Source: an uncultured Candidatus Peribacteria bacterium
Lineage (GTDB): Bacteria > Patescibacteriota > Gracilibacteria > Peribacterales > Peribacteraceae
Direction of reading: 5' to 3'
NCBI GenBank assembly: GCA_964506185.1
Contig: CAZDKL010000004.1
Span: forward strand, 179-64,178
Length of the DNA stretch: 64,000 nucleotides
Under the pieces are notes generated by a model. The model ran no database searches and was not told the origin of the DNA. It worked only from the letters and a program-made list of their open reading frames with translations. Shown piece after piece: positions 10,025-19,284 of the stretch; the first letter of the stretch is position 1, and each line of letters starts with the position of its first letter. The translations under genes and the position numbers were made by a program.

Positions 10025-13000
10025 TTAGCCTGCGTAGCTTGTTGATTTAACAACTGTTGTCGGGTACTCGATCCACGTGAAGTCTTGTGTGGAGCTTGAG
10101 TCCTTATCACGCCAGTCAATGTGAGAGAATGCTGCGTTGTTCAGAACACCAAACCAGTACCTTGTGTCTGAGTCGAAGTTCTGGATGGATACCTGCAAGG
10201 TGCTAGGTGCACCAACAGATGAGTTGTTCTGGTTAGTTACATTGGCTTGCAGTACGAGCGTTACGCTTGCGCCATCATCAATGTCCGTTATAGGAGTTGA
10301 TGCTGCAAGAAGTCCTCTACATTCAATGAGGAGCGAGCCTGATGCGGTGCCGGTTGTGGCAACGCGGGTCGTGTCATTGACATACGACTGACATGTGTGA
10401 GTCGTATTGGAATCGTTCTGGTTGTAGATCAAGAAGTCGCCAGCGGTTCCACTAAGGGATACATTTGTGGCGTTTACGTTGAAGACGACTCCAGACAGTG
10501 AAACTGTATTGAGACCGTTCTTCGAGTTTACATGATCTGCAGCCGTAAACTTGAACTTACCAATATCGGACTGGCCGATAGGAATGGCAGAGCCATTCGG
10601 ATCGTCAGAGTCGTTTGTAATGGAGACGAGCTTGGACATAACTACTACACCCTTCTTACCAGTAATGTAAGCATTGGTGGTAGCAGTGTTTGTTCCAATG
10701 AACACCTCTCCTTCTGCAGATGTGTCTTCGTCGTTTGCAGCAAGGTTGTTGCTGGATTCGTCACCACGGGCGCGAACAGCTCCTGATCCTGTTGCTTCAT
10801 CGGAAACGTTTTGGTTATCCACGAAGAACTGGACTGGTTCTGCTGATACTGCACCTTGAACATCTGTCTTTACGCGAGGTCGGACGAGAACGTCAATTTC
10901 TGCTCCTTCAGGAACAACAAGTTGTCGGCTCTCCATATTCGCACAGAAGGTCTTAACAACTCCTGCAGCATTACCTGGGTTGATGCCGAGAGTATCGTCA
11001 CCTCCGCATCCACCAATTGTGGCGAGTGCGAATGGCTCGGATTCGCCATCTTTGAACAGTTCCAGACGATCAACTTCTTTCGAAGTTGTTGTTCCGGATG
11101 CGGTGAGTTGAATGTCTGTGACATCAATATCCTCGTACTCAGCTCTAAACTGAAGTCGTAGGACAGTCTCACCTAGTTCACCACCAAGTAGCTGGTGCTT
11201 GCGAACACCCAAGGTGTTCGTTGACTCAATGATGTACAGGTTACCCTGTGTAACAAGGAGCCATGGCTGTGACTCTACAGTTGTAACTGTAATGTCAGCT
11301 GAAGTTACAGAGTTGTGGAATGATCCGTTGAGTTTGATTCCGGACAAGTTGCTTCCGTCATCAAGTTCTTCGGCTTCCAAGAATGTAACAGTTGAACCGG
11401 TTGCAAACTCTAGTTGCAAGTCGTTTCCTGTTAGAGATGATGCAATGTCAGCGTGGACCTCGAAGATCACTGTCTCCTCGGCCGGAATGACATACCCTCC
11501 GCCTGCCATGTCACCAAATGTGACTTCGCTGGACTGGTTGGCGACACCATCCTCAAGGATTGTGTCTACTGCACCATCACCATCTGTATCAACCCATAGT
11601 GCATAGTTTTGACCATTGTTAAGTGATCCTGAAGCAGATTCGAAGATTGCCTTGGTGAAGAGGATATCTTCCGCTTCGCCTGCACGAGCTTCATATCTGA
11701 GAAGGTTCACATTGTTTGCATTTTCAACAGCGTAGTCTGATGTACCAATTGGCTTAACAGCAATTGTTAGAGTTGCTGTAGCGATGCGCTGGTAGTTACC
11801 GGCGATGTTGCCTCGTGGGCGTACATCTCCGACTTTGTCTCCTGTTGAGAGACCTTCTACCTGCATCTGCCATGTGGTAGCTGCAGTTACCATACTATTG
11901 AATGCACATTCTGAGGTGTTCGTAACGTTAGCACCGCCTGAGCGGATCTGCGTTGGTTCACCACAAATGTGAATGCGGAACTGGTCGCCGCTTGTCGGGT
12001 GCTTGCCAGCGCCGTTGTCGATAAAGTCGACACGGAATTCCCAAATTTCTTCGCCTCGGATGATGAAGTCATCGAAACGATAGATCTGGAATGTTCCAGC
12101 AGCGGAAGTAGCATTTCCTGACTCGGTGGAACCCGTTAGACGGACACCATCGATTGTACGACCTGTTGTTGTGTTTCGGATTTCAACATCCTCAAGAATT
12201 TCTTGGATGGTGTCGTCCGTTCCTGTTGCACATGTGCCACCTGCGGCCTGTGCACCAGCGTTTCCACAAAGTGTTCCACCAGTGCTGGATACACCCTGAA
12301 TTGCGATGAACAAGTCCTTAACGTCGATGTCCTCTCCACCTGTTGTGAAGTGAACATTTGCAAGAACTGCATCGTTGTCATCTCGGGTGTAGTCCTGCGT
12401 TGCAGGACCGTCAATAGCAATGGTGAACTCACCAGCGTCAATGCTAACAGTGTCAGGCAAAATAGAAGTCTCCGATGGGAGGCTGATTTGCGAACCGTAT
12501 AGCTGGCCGTTTACACCGTAACCGTAGAGTGAACCTACAGCGAAGAGGTCAGATGACTCCTCGAAGTGCATGATGATTGAATCACCTGCTCCTCCGACAA
12601 CGTCGGAGATTACTTCAAGTGTCACTTTGTCTCCTTCTAGAACTGTAAACGGAGGATCAAAGACGAGGGTGACGAAGTCACCTACCGTCTGAGCGACTGT
12701 GTTGGTGAGAATTGTGCCATCCGTTCGGCGAACTGCAAGATTGGAGAAGTCACCATCGGATGCTGAACTGTTTTGTTCAATTGTCATTGAGTAGAAGGTT
12801 TGGTCCTCTGTGGAATCCACAGCTACCTCCCACTTACCAATAACGATGCCTTTGTCACCAACCTCAACTTCATCAGGTGAGACTGTTCGGTAGGTCAATG
12901 AGACCGTTCCGCTTGTGACAGCGGCTGTGCGGAATGTGTTTCCGCGGACTGGGAAGTTCCCGGTTACTTCTTTGGCGTTACCAAAGACGTCTGATGGGAG

Positions 13001-14329
13001 CTCCACAACCATGTTGTGCTCGCCAGATGCGCTTGCACTAGATGTCAAGTCGGCAACTATGTCGACAGTGACAGTCTCACAGGGATCCAAGACGAGAGGT
13101 GAGGCGAACCTCAAATCTGCTGTCTGATCTTCTGCGTCGATTGTGCGCTTGCGAGTCACACGTGCGCCATTGATGGCAGCGTAAACACCATTGATGTCTC
13201 CGCTAGCACCAAAACCTTCATGTAGGACGGTCATGCTCTCGACTGTGACAGAATCGTCACAAGAGGCGGTTACGTCTACGGAGAGCATTACAACTCCAAC
13301 TGCTCCTCGTGGAACAGTGTCTCCCACTGGGGAGGCGGCGGAGAGTGAAAGCTCCAAAACTCCATCACCCTGAACGAAGGATGTGTATCCAGCGAAAGTG
13401 ATGGCATCGTCGATAACAGTTCCATCTGCTGCAAGCAGGCCGCTTACAGAAAGTGTGTACTCGTGGCCTGCGGTGAGTGCTTCACCGAAAGTTAGCTCAA
13501 CCGTCTGTGGGTTAAGCAAAGATGCAGAACTGACTGGTACTTCTGGAGAACCGGTAACTGTGAAGTTTCCGACGTTCTCGGCAGATGCAGCGTCTAGAGT
13601 TACATTGAACTCGACTTCTACAGATGTGGCCGCTGTTGCGGTCGCATCAACGATCATTGCTTCTCCACCTTGTGTTACACCACAGTCAACACCATAGGTG
13701 AGACCTTGGTCAACACGGTAGAGCATAACGACCATTTCTGCGCGGTTCATGTTGTCACCTGGGCGAACACGACCTGTTGCGTCATCTCCTTGGAGAACGC
13801 AGTGATCGGCTGCCGTCTGGATGACATCTGTGTACCACTGTCCAGATGGGTTGTCGACGAACTGAGCAGCGTCACCCGTGGCCTCGAGGCCGAATGATCG
13901 GGTAATAAGTGCTGCGGCCTCAGCGCGATTAATGTTGGCACCAGGGCGGGCGTAGCAAGGATGGCTGCCGTAGCAGTCACCGTCGCCGCGGACCCATCCC
14001 TCTTTACCGGCTTCTTCAAGGTACCCGTAGTACCATGCACCGGTTGCAACATCATCAAAGCTGGGGACGGCAGGAGGTGTAGAAAGAATCCCACCGTTTA
14101 GCTCGACAACGAGCTTGACGAATTCCGCACGATTGGCGGATTCGCTTCCGCGGAAGCGGGATTGGCTGGCATCAAGGTAACCGGCGTCAACGAATGCGTT
14201 GACAGCGTCCTCGAACCAAACGCCACCCGGAACATCTGTGTAAGCAGCAAATACGCTCCCGGCCTGGGTAAGCGAAATTGCAGCAACAGATACTCCCGCG
14301 CAAATCTTTTTCAAGCGAGGAAAATCCAT
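10025..14329 (-). CDS. Giant SLH-anchored cell-surface (S-layer-like) protein
   Basis: Signal peptide MDFPRLKKICAGVSVAAISLTQAGSVFA, followed by three SLH-type modules (YTDVPGGVWFEDAVNAFVDAGY..NRAEFVKL; FDDVATGAWYYGY..INRAEAAALITRSF; FVDNPSGQWYTDVIQ..MNRAEMVVMLYRV). About 1150 aa of Thr/Ser/Val/Gly-rich beta-type sequence follow. The start is placed at ATG 14329; the ORF-track start at 14518 lies in a repeat hairpin. Confidence 0.85.
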   Translation of the reverse strand: MDFPRLKKICAGVSVAAISLTQAGSVFAAYTDVPGGVWFEDAVNAFVDAGYLDASQSRFRGSESANRAEFVKLVVELNGGILSTPPAVPSFDDVATGAWYYGYLEEAGKEGWVRGDGDCYGSHPCYARPGANINRAEAAALITRSFGLEATGDAAQFVDNPSGQWYTDVIQTAADHCVLQGDDATGRVRPGDNMNRAEMVVMLYRVDQGLTYGVDCGVTQGGEAMIVDATATAATSVEVEFNVTLDAASAENVGNFTVTGSPEVPVSSASLLNPQTVELTFGEALTAGHEYTLSVSGLLAADGTVIDDAITFAGYTSFVQGDGVLELSLSAASPVGDTVPRGAVGVVMLSVDVTASCDDSVTVESMTVLHEGFGASGDINGVYAAINGARVTRKRTIDAEDQTADLRFASPLVLDPCETVTVDIVADLTSSASASGEHNMVVELPSDVFGNAKEVTGNFPVRGNTFRTAAVTSGTVSLTYRTVSPDEVEVGDKGIVIGKWEVAVDSTEDQTFYSMTIEQNSSASDGDFSNLAVRRTDGTILTNTVAQTVGDFVTLVFDPPFTVLEGDKVTLEVISDVVGGAGDSIIMHFEESSDLFAVGSLYGYGVNGQLYGSQISLPSETSILPDTVSIDAGEFTIAIDGPATQDYTRDDNDAVLANVHFTTGGEDIDVKDLFIAIQGVSSTGGTLCGNAGAQAAGGTCATGTDDTIQEILEDVEIRNTTTGRTIDGVRLTGSTESGNATSAAGTFQIYRFDDFIIRGEEIWEFRVDFIDNGAGKHPTSGDQFRIHICGEPTQIRSGGANVTNTSECAFNSMVTAATTWQMQVEGLSTGDKVGDVRPRGNIAGNYQRIATATLTIAVKPIGTSDYAVENANNVNLLRYEARAGEAEDILFTKAIFESASGSLNNGQNYALWVDTDGDGAVDTILEDGVANQSSEVTFGDMAGGGYVIPAEETVIFEVHADIASSLTGNDLQLEFATGSTVTFLEAEELDDGSNLSGIKLNGSFHNSVTSADITVTTVESQPWLLVTQGNLYIIESTNTLGVRKHQLLGGELGETVLRLQFRAEYEDIDVTDIQLTASGTTTSKEVDRLELFKDGESEPFALATIGGCGGDDTLGINPGNAAGVVKTFCANMESRQLVVPEGAEIDVLVRPRVKTDVQGAVSAEPVQFFVDNQNVSDEATGSGAVRARGDESSNNLAANDEDTSAEGEVFIGTNTATTNAYITGKKGVVVMSKLVSITNDSDDPNGSAIPIGQSDIGKFKFTAADHVNSKNGLNTVSLSGVVFNVNATNVSLSGTAGDFLIYNQNDSNTTHTCQSYVNDTTRVATTGTASGSLLIECRGLLAASTPITDIDDGASVTLVLQANVTNQNNSSVGAPSTLQVSIQNFDSDTRYWFGVLNNAAFSHIDWRDKDSSSTQDFTWIEYPTTVVKSTSYAG

Positions 14330-14404
14330 ATATATAGGAGTAAAAAATAGATAAATAAAAATTACGGAACGAATAATAAGGGGTTGATTGTGTCTGTTTG
14401 TAAA

Positions 14405-14501
14405 GCAATTGGCTATTGGCTTGTGGCTATTGGCTTGTTCATTGATTATTAATTTATTAATAATCAATGTGGCCAATTGCCAACTGCTAATTGCTAATTG
14501 C
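14405..14501. repeat. Long simple-repeat hairpin in the S-layer gene 5' region
   Basis: gcaattggctattggcttgtggctattggcttgttcattgattattaa / ttaataatcaatgtggccaattgccaactgctaattgctaattgc. Confidence 0.8.
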
Positions 14502-15118
14502 CATTTTGCATTGCCCAAAAGACAAACCCAGGGCTCTTGGTGTCAAAGAGGGACGGCATATTGCCGACCGCCTCCTTATGCAATAAAGAGTGGACACGAG
14601 CAAAAGGTGAGGCCTTCTCTGGAGTAATGCCAACTATCGCAGCCCTCTCTCAAAGCGGCGATATGAAAATCCTGCCTTTGCACATAATGTGAGCAATAAG
14701 CGCACAGCACAAAAGTAGGCATAAGAAAATACGGCTCTATTCTGTCCATCATCGGACTTTAAGAGCGTTAAATTGTCTTGTCGCCCCAATCTCGAGGTTA
14801 GGGGAGGCAAGTTGCCGAATTGTGAAAGATCGATTGACACAGACACGCCCCCCTAGGCTCCGGAGTGCGAATCTTTACAGGAAATCCTAGGAGAATGGCG
14901 GCAGAGAATCAAGACTCCCATACCGTTCCGCGTCACAGCATTAAACGAGAAGTAATGTTCCGCGTTACAGGCTTATGTAAGCCAAAGTTGGCATATTTGG
15001 GAGCAGTACGGGAATACCCTAAAAATTTTGAGTCCTATATCACCTTTAAGACTCATATTTGATGAGAATGGGGTATTTGAAAAGAGGTTGTTTTAATCTA
15101 TATTTATTGTCTTATAAC

Positions 15119-16507
15119 CTATAATTTCTTCACATTTTGCCCGCCATTCTCATCTCTCACCTCCCATCCCAAGTCCCTAATTTTGTCTCTAAGCTGATCC
15201 GAAGCTTCGAAGTCCTTGCCATCGCGAGCTGCCTGACGTTGATCCAAAAGCTCCTGAACCTTTGCCGGAACCTCGGCTGACTCCTCCGGTTCGAAGCACC
15301 CGAAGGTGGACCTGACCTTGGAGGCGAACTTCTTGAGCGCTCCAGGTGATCCTTCCGATCTAGACCAAGTCATAGTATCAAAGACAACAGCTAATGCCTC
15401 CGGCGCATTCAAGTCTGAGTTCATCGCATTATCAAACTTGTCTGACCACTCCTCTGACTCTTCTGATTCCTCTGATTCTTCTACTTCTTTCATAAATTCA
15501 ACAATTTTCCGGCGCGCCTTGTGTGAATCACTCAATCCTTTTTCAGTAAACTTCAAATTGGTTCTGTAATGAACCGACAAAAAATAGTAACGAAGATCCA
15601 AAGCTGAGTATCCCATCTCCTCGATGTTGGTAAGTGTAAGAATATTTCCTAAGCTCTTCGACATTTTCTCTTTACCCATATCGATACGACGACGATGCAC
15701 CCACATTCGGACAAAAGGCTTTTTACCTGACGCGCATTCGGACTGAGCAATCTCGCACTCATGGTGCGGGAAAATATTATCTTGGCCTCCGGTGTGAATA
15801 TCTATTTGTTCACCAAGGAACTTTGTACTCATTGCTGAACATTCAATATGCCAACCCGGGAATCCCTCTCCCCAAGGGGAATCCCATCTGAGAATGTGAT
15901 CTGCGTTCTCTCCAACGCACTTTTTCCATAAAGCGAAGTCTGCAGGATGCTTTTTATCTTCGCTGACTTCGACTCTTTTTCCTGCATCTAAATTATCAAG
16001 TGTGTTGCCAGAAAGCGCTCCGTATGGGGCAAAAGTTTGAACACTAAAGTAGATCCCATCTTCAGTTTCATATGCATTCCCTTTATCAACCAAAACCTGA
16101 ACGATCTCAATCATTTCTTTTATTGTCTCAGTCGCTCGCGGCCTGTGCTCCGGCTCTCTCATGTTAAGAGATTTCTCATCCTCTAAGTATTCAGCCTCAT
16201 ATTTCCTGGCAACATCCAAAGGATTAATCTTCTCTTTCTTAGCTTGTTTCTCAATCTTATCTTCCCCCTCATCCTGATCTGCAACCAAGTGCCCCACGTC
16301 AGTAATGTTTTTTACATGTGTAACTTTGTTACCGTTAACCTCAAGCCATCTGGCCAAAATATCAGCCATCAGAAACGAAGAGTAATTCCCAATATGCGGA
16401 CGACCATAAACTGTTGGTCCACACGTATACATGCTTGCCTGACCTTCTTTGATCGGTTTAAATTCCTCCTCTTTCTTCGAGAGCGTGTTGTAAAGCTTAA
16501 GGGGCAT
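15119..16507 (-). CDS. cysS: Cysteine--tRNA ligase
   Basis: Class I motifs HIGN ([11 protein letters not shown]) and KMSKS ([10 protein letters not shown]), plus the cysS-typical [19 protein letters not shown]. Confidence 0.96.
   Translation of the reverse strand: MPLKLYNTLSKKEEEFKPIKEGQASMYTCGPTVYGRPHIGNYSSFLMADILARWLEVNGNKVTHVKNITDVGHLVADQDEGEDKIEKQAKKEKINPLDVARKYEAEYLEDEKSLNMREPEHRPRATETIKEMIEIVQVLVDKGNAYETEDGIYFSVQTFAPYGALSGNTLDNLDAGKRVEVSEDKKHPADFALWKKCVGENADHILRWDSPWGEGFPGWHIECSAMSTKFLGEQIDIHTGGQDNIFPHHECEIAQSECASGKKPFVRMWVHRRRIDMGKEKMSKSLGNILTLTNIEEMGYSALDLRYYFLSVHYRTNLKFTEKGLSDSHKARRKIVEFMKEVEESEESEESEEWSDKFDNAMNSDLNAPEALAVVFDTMTWSRSEGSPGALKKFASKVRSTFGCFEPEESAEVPAKVQELLDQRQAARDGKDFEASDQLRDKIRDLGWEVRDENGGQNVKKL
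15458..15480. repeat. 23-nt repeat-family segment inside the cysS CDS (encodes [10 protein letters not shown])
   Basis: ctcttctgattcctctgattctt is the exact reverse complement of the intergenic hairpin arm at 38681-38703 (aagaatcagaggaatcagaagag). Confidence 0.85.
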
Positions 16508-16555
16508 AATCGGAGTTTAGCAGAATTAATTATCTGCGTAATCTGTGATCTGAAA

Positions 16556-16579
16556 GCGGCGGCTGCATGAGCAGCCGCC
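16556..16579 (-). terminator. GC-rich stem-loop downstream of the minus-strand ORF at 16645-16992
   Basis: gcggcggctgc-atga-gcagccgcc. On the minus strand the stem-loop is followed by tttc. Confidence 0.5.
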
Positions 16580-16644
16580 TTGGATTTAGGTGATGAAGTT
16601 AACGAGCAATGCTCATCAACGACTATCGTGGTTTCGCCGAGAAT

Positions 16645-16992
16645 TCATTCGATTGGCGGAAATAGGACTTCGGGAACGCCCGGAAAATGAATCAATTCGC
16701 TCAAATCCGACCATTGTCTCCCCCTCTCCAGCAACTGAACAACCTCCTGGCACATTCCATGCACAAGAAAGTTGCTGCCATCGAAAACCACAGCAGAAAG
16801 CGCCTGGTGAATTTCATCAGGTGCAAGAATCCTTGCGCGATCTACAATGTGGCACAGCAACGGCTCATCAGGGCCAATGAAATCAATTCTAGACCCATCG
16901 CCATTGCAATCAACCAAACGAACAAACCCACGAAACGAAAGACCATTTCGACGCACAGAAATCTCCTTTATCAAACCTAGGTGCATCAGCAA
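16645..16992 (-). CDS. Hypothetical protein (GC-rich island A)
   Basis: This is the longest ORF in its segment, on the same strand as csrA and followed by a stem-loop. No family was recognised. Overlapping plus-strand ORFs make the frame uncertain. Confidence 0.35.
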   Translation of the reverse strand: MLMHLGLIKEISVRRNGLSFRGFVRLVDCNGDGSRIDFIGPDEPLLCHIVDRARILAPDEIHQALSAVVFDGSNFLVHGMCQEVVQLLERGRQWSDLSELIHFPGVPEVLFPPIE

Positions 16993-17221
16993 CTGCAGAA
17001 TCCCTCTCAGGGTTAATCCAATTCCCCAAGATCGTCAGAAGCCGGAGCAGTCTACTTATTTTTTGTTTTGTAGCAAGTAAAAAGTGACCTTGATTCAAAG
17101 GACTACAAAAAAGCATCTGCGATATCTGCGGTTCAGACAAAAGTGGCGCGAGTCTCCGTTAGGAGAACCCGCGCCAATCGCCATCGCATCCTTGCGATGA
17201 CTTGTGCTCCTTTTTGGGTCT

Positions 17222-17584
17222 TCAGACCGGGAAGCGCTTGCGCCTCCCAGATCTCTTCTGCGCCGGGGGACGGCGTCGACCACTCTCTTGGTGTTCCTCT
17301 TGCTGTAACAGATTGTCCAAGGCATCACCAGTGGATCCAGCGGGGGACGGTCCACCTTGGGCATCATCAGTCAGATCAACGACTTCGACTGTGACATCAG
17401 GATTGGCAGCTTGAGCCGACTCCTGAATGCGTCTTCGAAGCTCAGATCGATGAACCGGGATTTCTCTTGGCGCCTCTATCCCTAGACGCACCTTGTCTCC
17501 GCGGATATCCACAACACAAATCCTTATGCTGTCCCCAATGCAGATCCACTCGTTCACTTTGCGGCTTAGGACTAACATACGCAC
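17222..17584 (-). CDS. csrA: Carbon storage regulator CsrA homologue with a ~55-aa C-terminal extension
   Basis: [47 protein letters not shown] matches the CsrA fold signature (MLILTRR.GE...IGD.V.V.VL...G..VR.GI.AP....V.R.E.). A GGAGG box lies 8 nt upstream of the ATG. Confidence 0.85.
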   Translation of the reverse strand: MRMLVLSRKVNEWICIGDSIRICVVDIRGDKVRLGIEAPREIPVHRSELRRRIQESAQAANPDVTVEVVDLTDDAQGGPSPAGSTGDALDNLLQQEEHQESGRRRPPAQKRSGRRKRFPV

Positions 17585-17751
17585 TTACCTCCAATCAAAA
17601 AAGGAGCATTGATCTCGAAGACCTTTCCAGTGTCCAATATGCACTCCAGGGGGGGAATGCGCGGCACTTCCTAGCGCCTACAACCGGATGTCGAGACCGC
17701 CGAATAGTCTAACGTATTTTACATGCTACTCAAGAAACTAAGGCTTTTTTA

Positions 17752-17835
17752 TTAGTGAGTAGTGAGTAGTTGGTAGTTGGTAGAATATATATGAAAATGT
17801 TATATACTTTCTACACACTACCAACTACCAACTAA
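17752..17835. repeat. Simple-repeat hairpin upstream of the aldolase gene
   Basis: ttagtgagtagtgagtagttggtagttggtaga ... tctacacactaccaactaccaactaa. It shares a 19-mer with the 23S expansion segment. Confidence 0.8.
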
Positions 17836-17839
17836 TCAT

Positions 17840-18904
17840 ATGAACTATTCCGAAATCCAATCCACCCTCGGCTCGGATGCTGAGTCTTTACTCGCTCACG
17901 AATGCAAAACAATCGATAAATCCAGACTGCATGCTCCAAGTCCTACAAACGTAAAGGACATGTTTTCAATTTCCGACAGATCCCCCAAGGTTCTTAAAAG
18001 TCTTGATGCTCTTTATGGCAATGGACGGCTTGCAGGCACAGGCTTCGTAAGCATTCTTCCCGTTGATCAGGGTATCGAGCATTCTGCCGGCGCATCGTTT
18101 GCAAAGAATCCAGATTACTTTGATCCGGAGAAGATTGTGGAGCTTGCAATTGAAGGAGGTTGTAATGCTGTTGCTTCCACATTCGGAGTACTTGGAATGG
18201 TAAGCAAGAAATACGCAGGCAAGATCCCCTTCCTTGTAAAGATTAATCACAATGAGTTACTTAGTTATCCAAATACCTTTGATCAAATAATGTTCGGCTC
18301 AGTCGAACGCGCTTACAACATGGGAGCTAAAGGAGTGGGGGCAACCATTTACTATGGATCTGAAGAATCTAATAAGCAGATTGTTGAAGTTGCTCAGGCT
18401 TTCGAAAAAGCTCATGACCTTGGAATGTTTACAGTTCTTTGGTGTTACCTAAGGAACCCGGCATTCAAGAAAGATAAGAACTATCACTCATCAGCTGACC
18501 TTACAGGACAGGCGAATCACTTGGGTGTAACAATTCAGGCTGATTTGATTAAGCAGAAACTGCCAACCAACAACGGCGGATACAAAGCGTTGGGATTGGA
18601 AAGTAGTTATGGAAAAATTGATGAGAAGATGTATACGGAATTGAGTTCTGACCATCCAATTGATCTTGCAAGGTATCAGGTTGCCAACTGTTATATGGGA
18701 AGAGTGGGGCTGATAAATTCAGGCGGATCATCCGGAGACAACGACTTACAACAAGCTGTAAAGACCGCGGTCATAAATAAGCGCGCAGGAGGTTGCGGAC
18801 TGATCTCGGGACGCAAAGCATTCCAGAAGCCCAAGGAAGAAGGTGTGAAGCTCTTGAATGCGATACAGGATGTGTATCTGTGTAGTGAGGTTACCTTGGC
18901 CTAA
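17840..18904 (+). CDS. fbaB: Class I fructose-bisphosphate aldolase (DhnA/FbaB type)
   Basis: [60 protein letters not shown] and [13 protein letters not shown] follow the archaeal-type class I aldolase pattern. Confidence 0.85.
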   Translation: MNYSEIQSTLGSDAESLLAHECKTIDKSRLHAPSPTNVKDMFSISDRSPKVLKSLDALYGNGRLAGTGFVSILPVDQGIEHSAGASFAKNPDYFDPEKIVELAIEGGCNAVASTFGVLGMVSKKYAGKIPFLVKINHNELLSYPNTFDQIMFGSVERAYNMGAKGVGATIYYGSEESNKQIVEVAQAFEKAHDLGMFTVLWCYLRNPAFKKDKNYHSSADLTGQANHLGVTIQADLIKQKLPTNNGGYKALGLESSYGKIDEKMYTELSSDHPIDLARYQVANCYMGRVGLINSGGSSGDNDLQQAVKTAVINKRAGGCGLISGRKAFQKPKEEGVKLLNAIQDVYLCSEVTLA

Positions 18905-18923
18905 ATTTTCCTCCATCCCCCAG

Positions 18924-19021
18924 CCCCTTCCTCCAAAGGAGGAAGGGGGGCATTTGAAGATTCCCCCTCTCCCCTGGAGAGGGGGCTAGGGGGAGAGGTG
19001 TGTATGTACAATGTACATACA
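18924..19021. terminator. Cluster of three hairpins after the aldolase gene
   Basis: ccccttcctcc-aaa-ggaggaagggg; ccccctctcccc...gggggagagg; palindrome gtatgtacaatgtacatac. Confidence 0.6.
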
Positions 19022-19216
19022 GCAATATAATTAACCCTGAGATCCTTAATCAAGTTAATCCTTAAATCCTTTTATCATGGTTCAGACAATAGAGGCGGGT
19101 GACTGATCAGCAAAGCATCACAGCCACCCTTCCCCGCGCCGGGCCTCGCCAGATCCATTCTCAATATCTAGCACGAGGACACGCTAAGCATAATCTGTGG
19201 AATGCTTATGTCAACA

Positions 19217-19260
19217 AAACTAGCAACTAGAAACTAGCAAACTAGCAAACTAGCCAACTA
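19217..19260. repeat. Tandem simple repeat (aactagca units)
   Basis: aactagcaactagaaactagcaaactagcaaactagccaacta lies downstream of the yidC stop codon. Confidence 0.8.
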
Positions 19261-19284
19261 ATCACCTACCACCCCAATAGAATT

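Noticed and set aside
14330-14518. N-terminal 63 codons of ORF 10025..14518
   Set aside because: This stretch is translated from the simple-repeat hairpin and AT-rich leader. A proper signal peptide begins at ATG 14329.
14739-14771. AAAGTCCG on the minus strand, resembling the RNase P RNA P4 motif (GAGGAAAGTCCGG)
   Set aside because: The motif sits in a simple local hairpin (gctct...gtccgatgatggac...agagc). No matching P4 3' strand (ACAGAA.CCGGCUUA-like) or other conserved RNase P regions were found nearby.
16645-16992. Possible FliW or PilZ identity for the 115-aa ORF downstream of csrA
   Set aside because: I could not align the FliW hallmark segments, and the RRxxxR / DxSxxG PilZ motifs are only loosely approximated. 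It is left as hypothetical.
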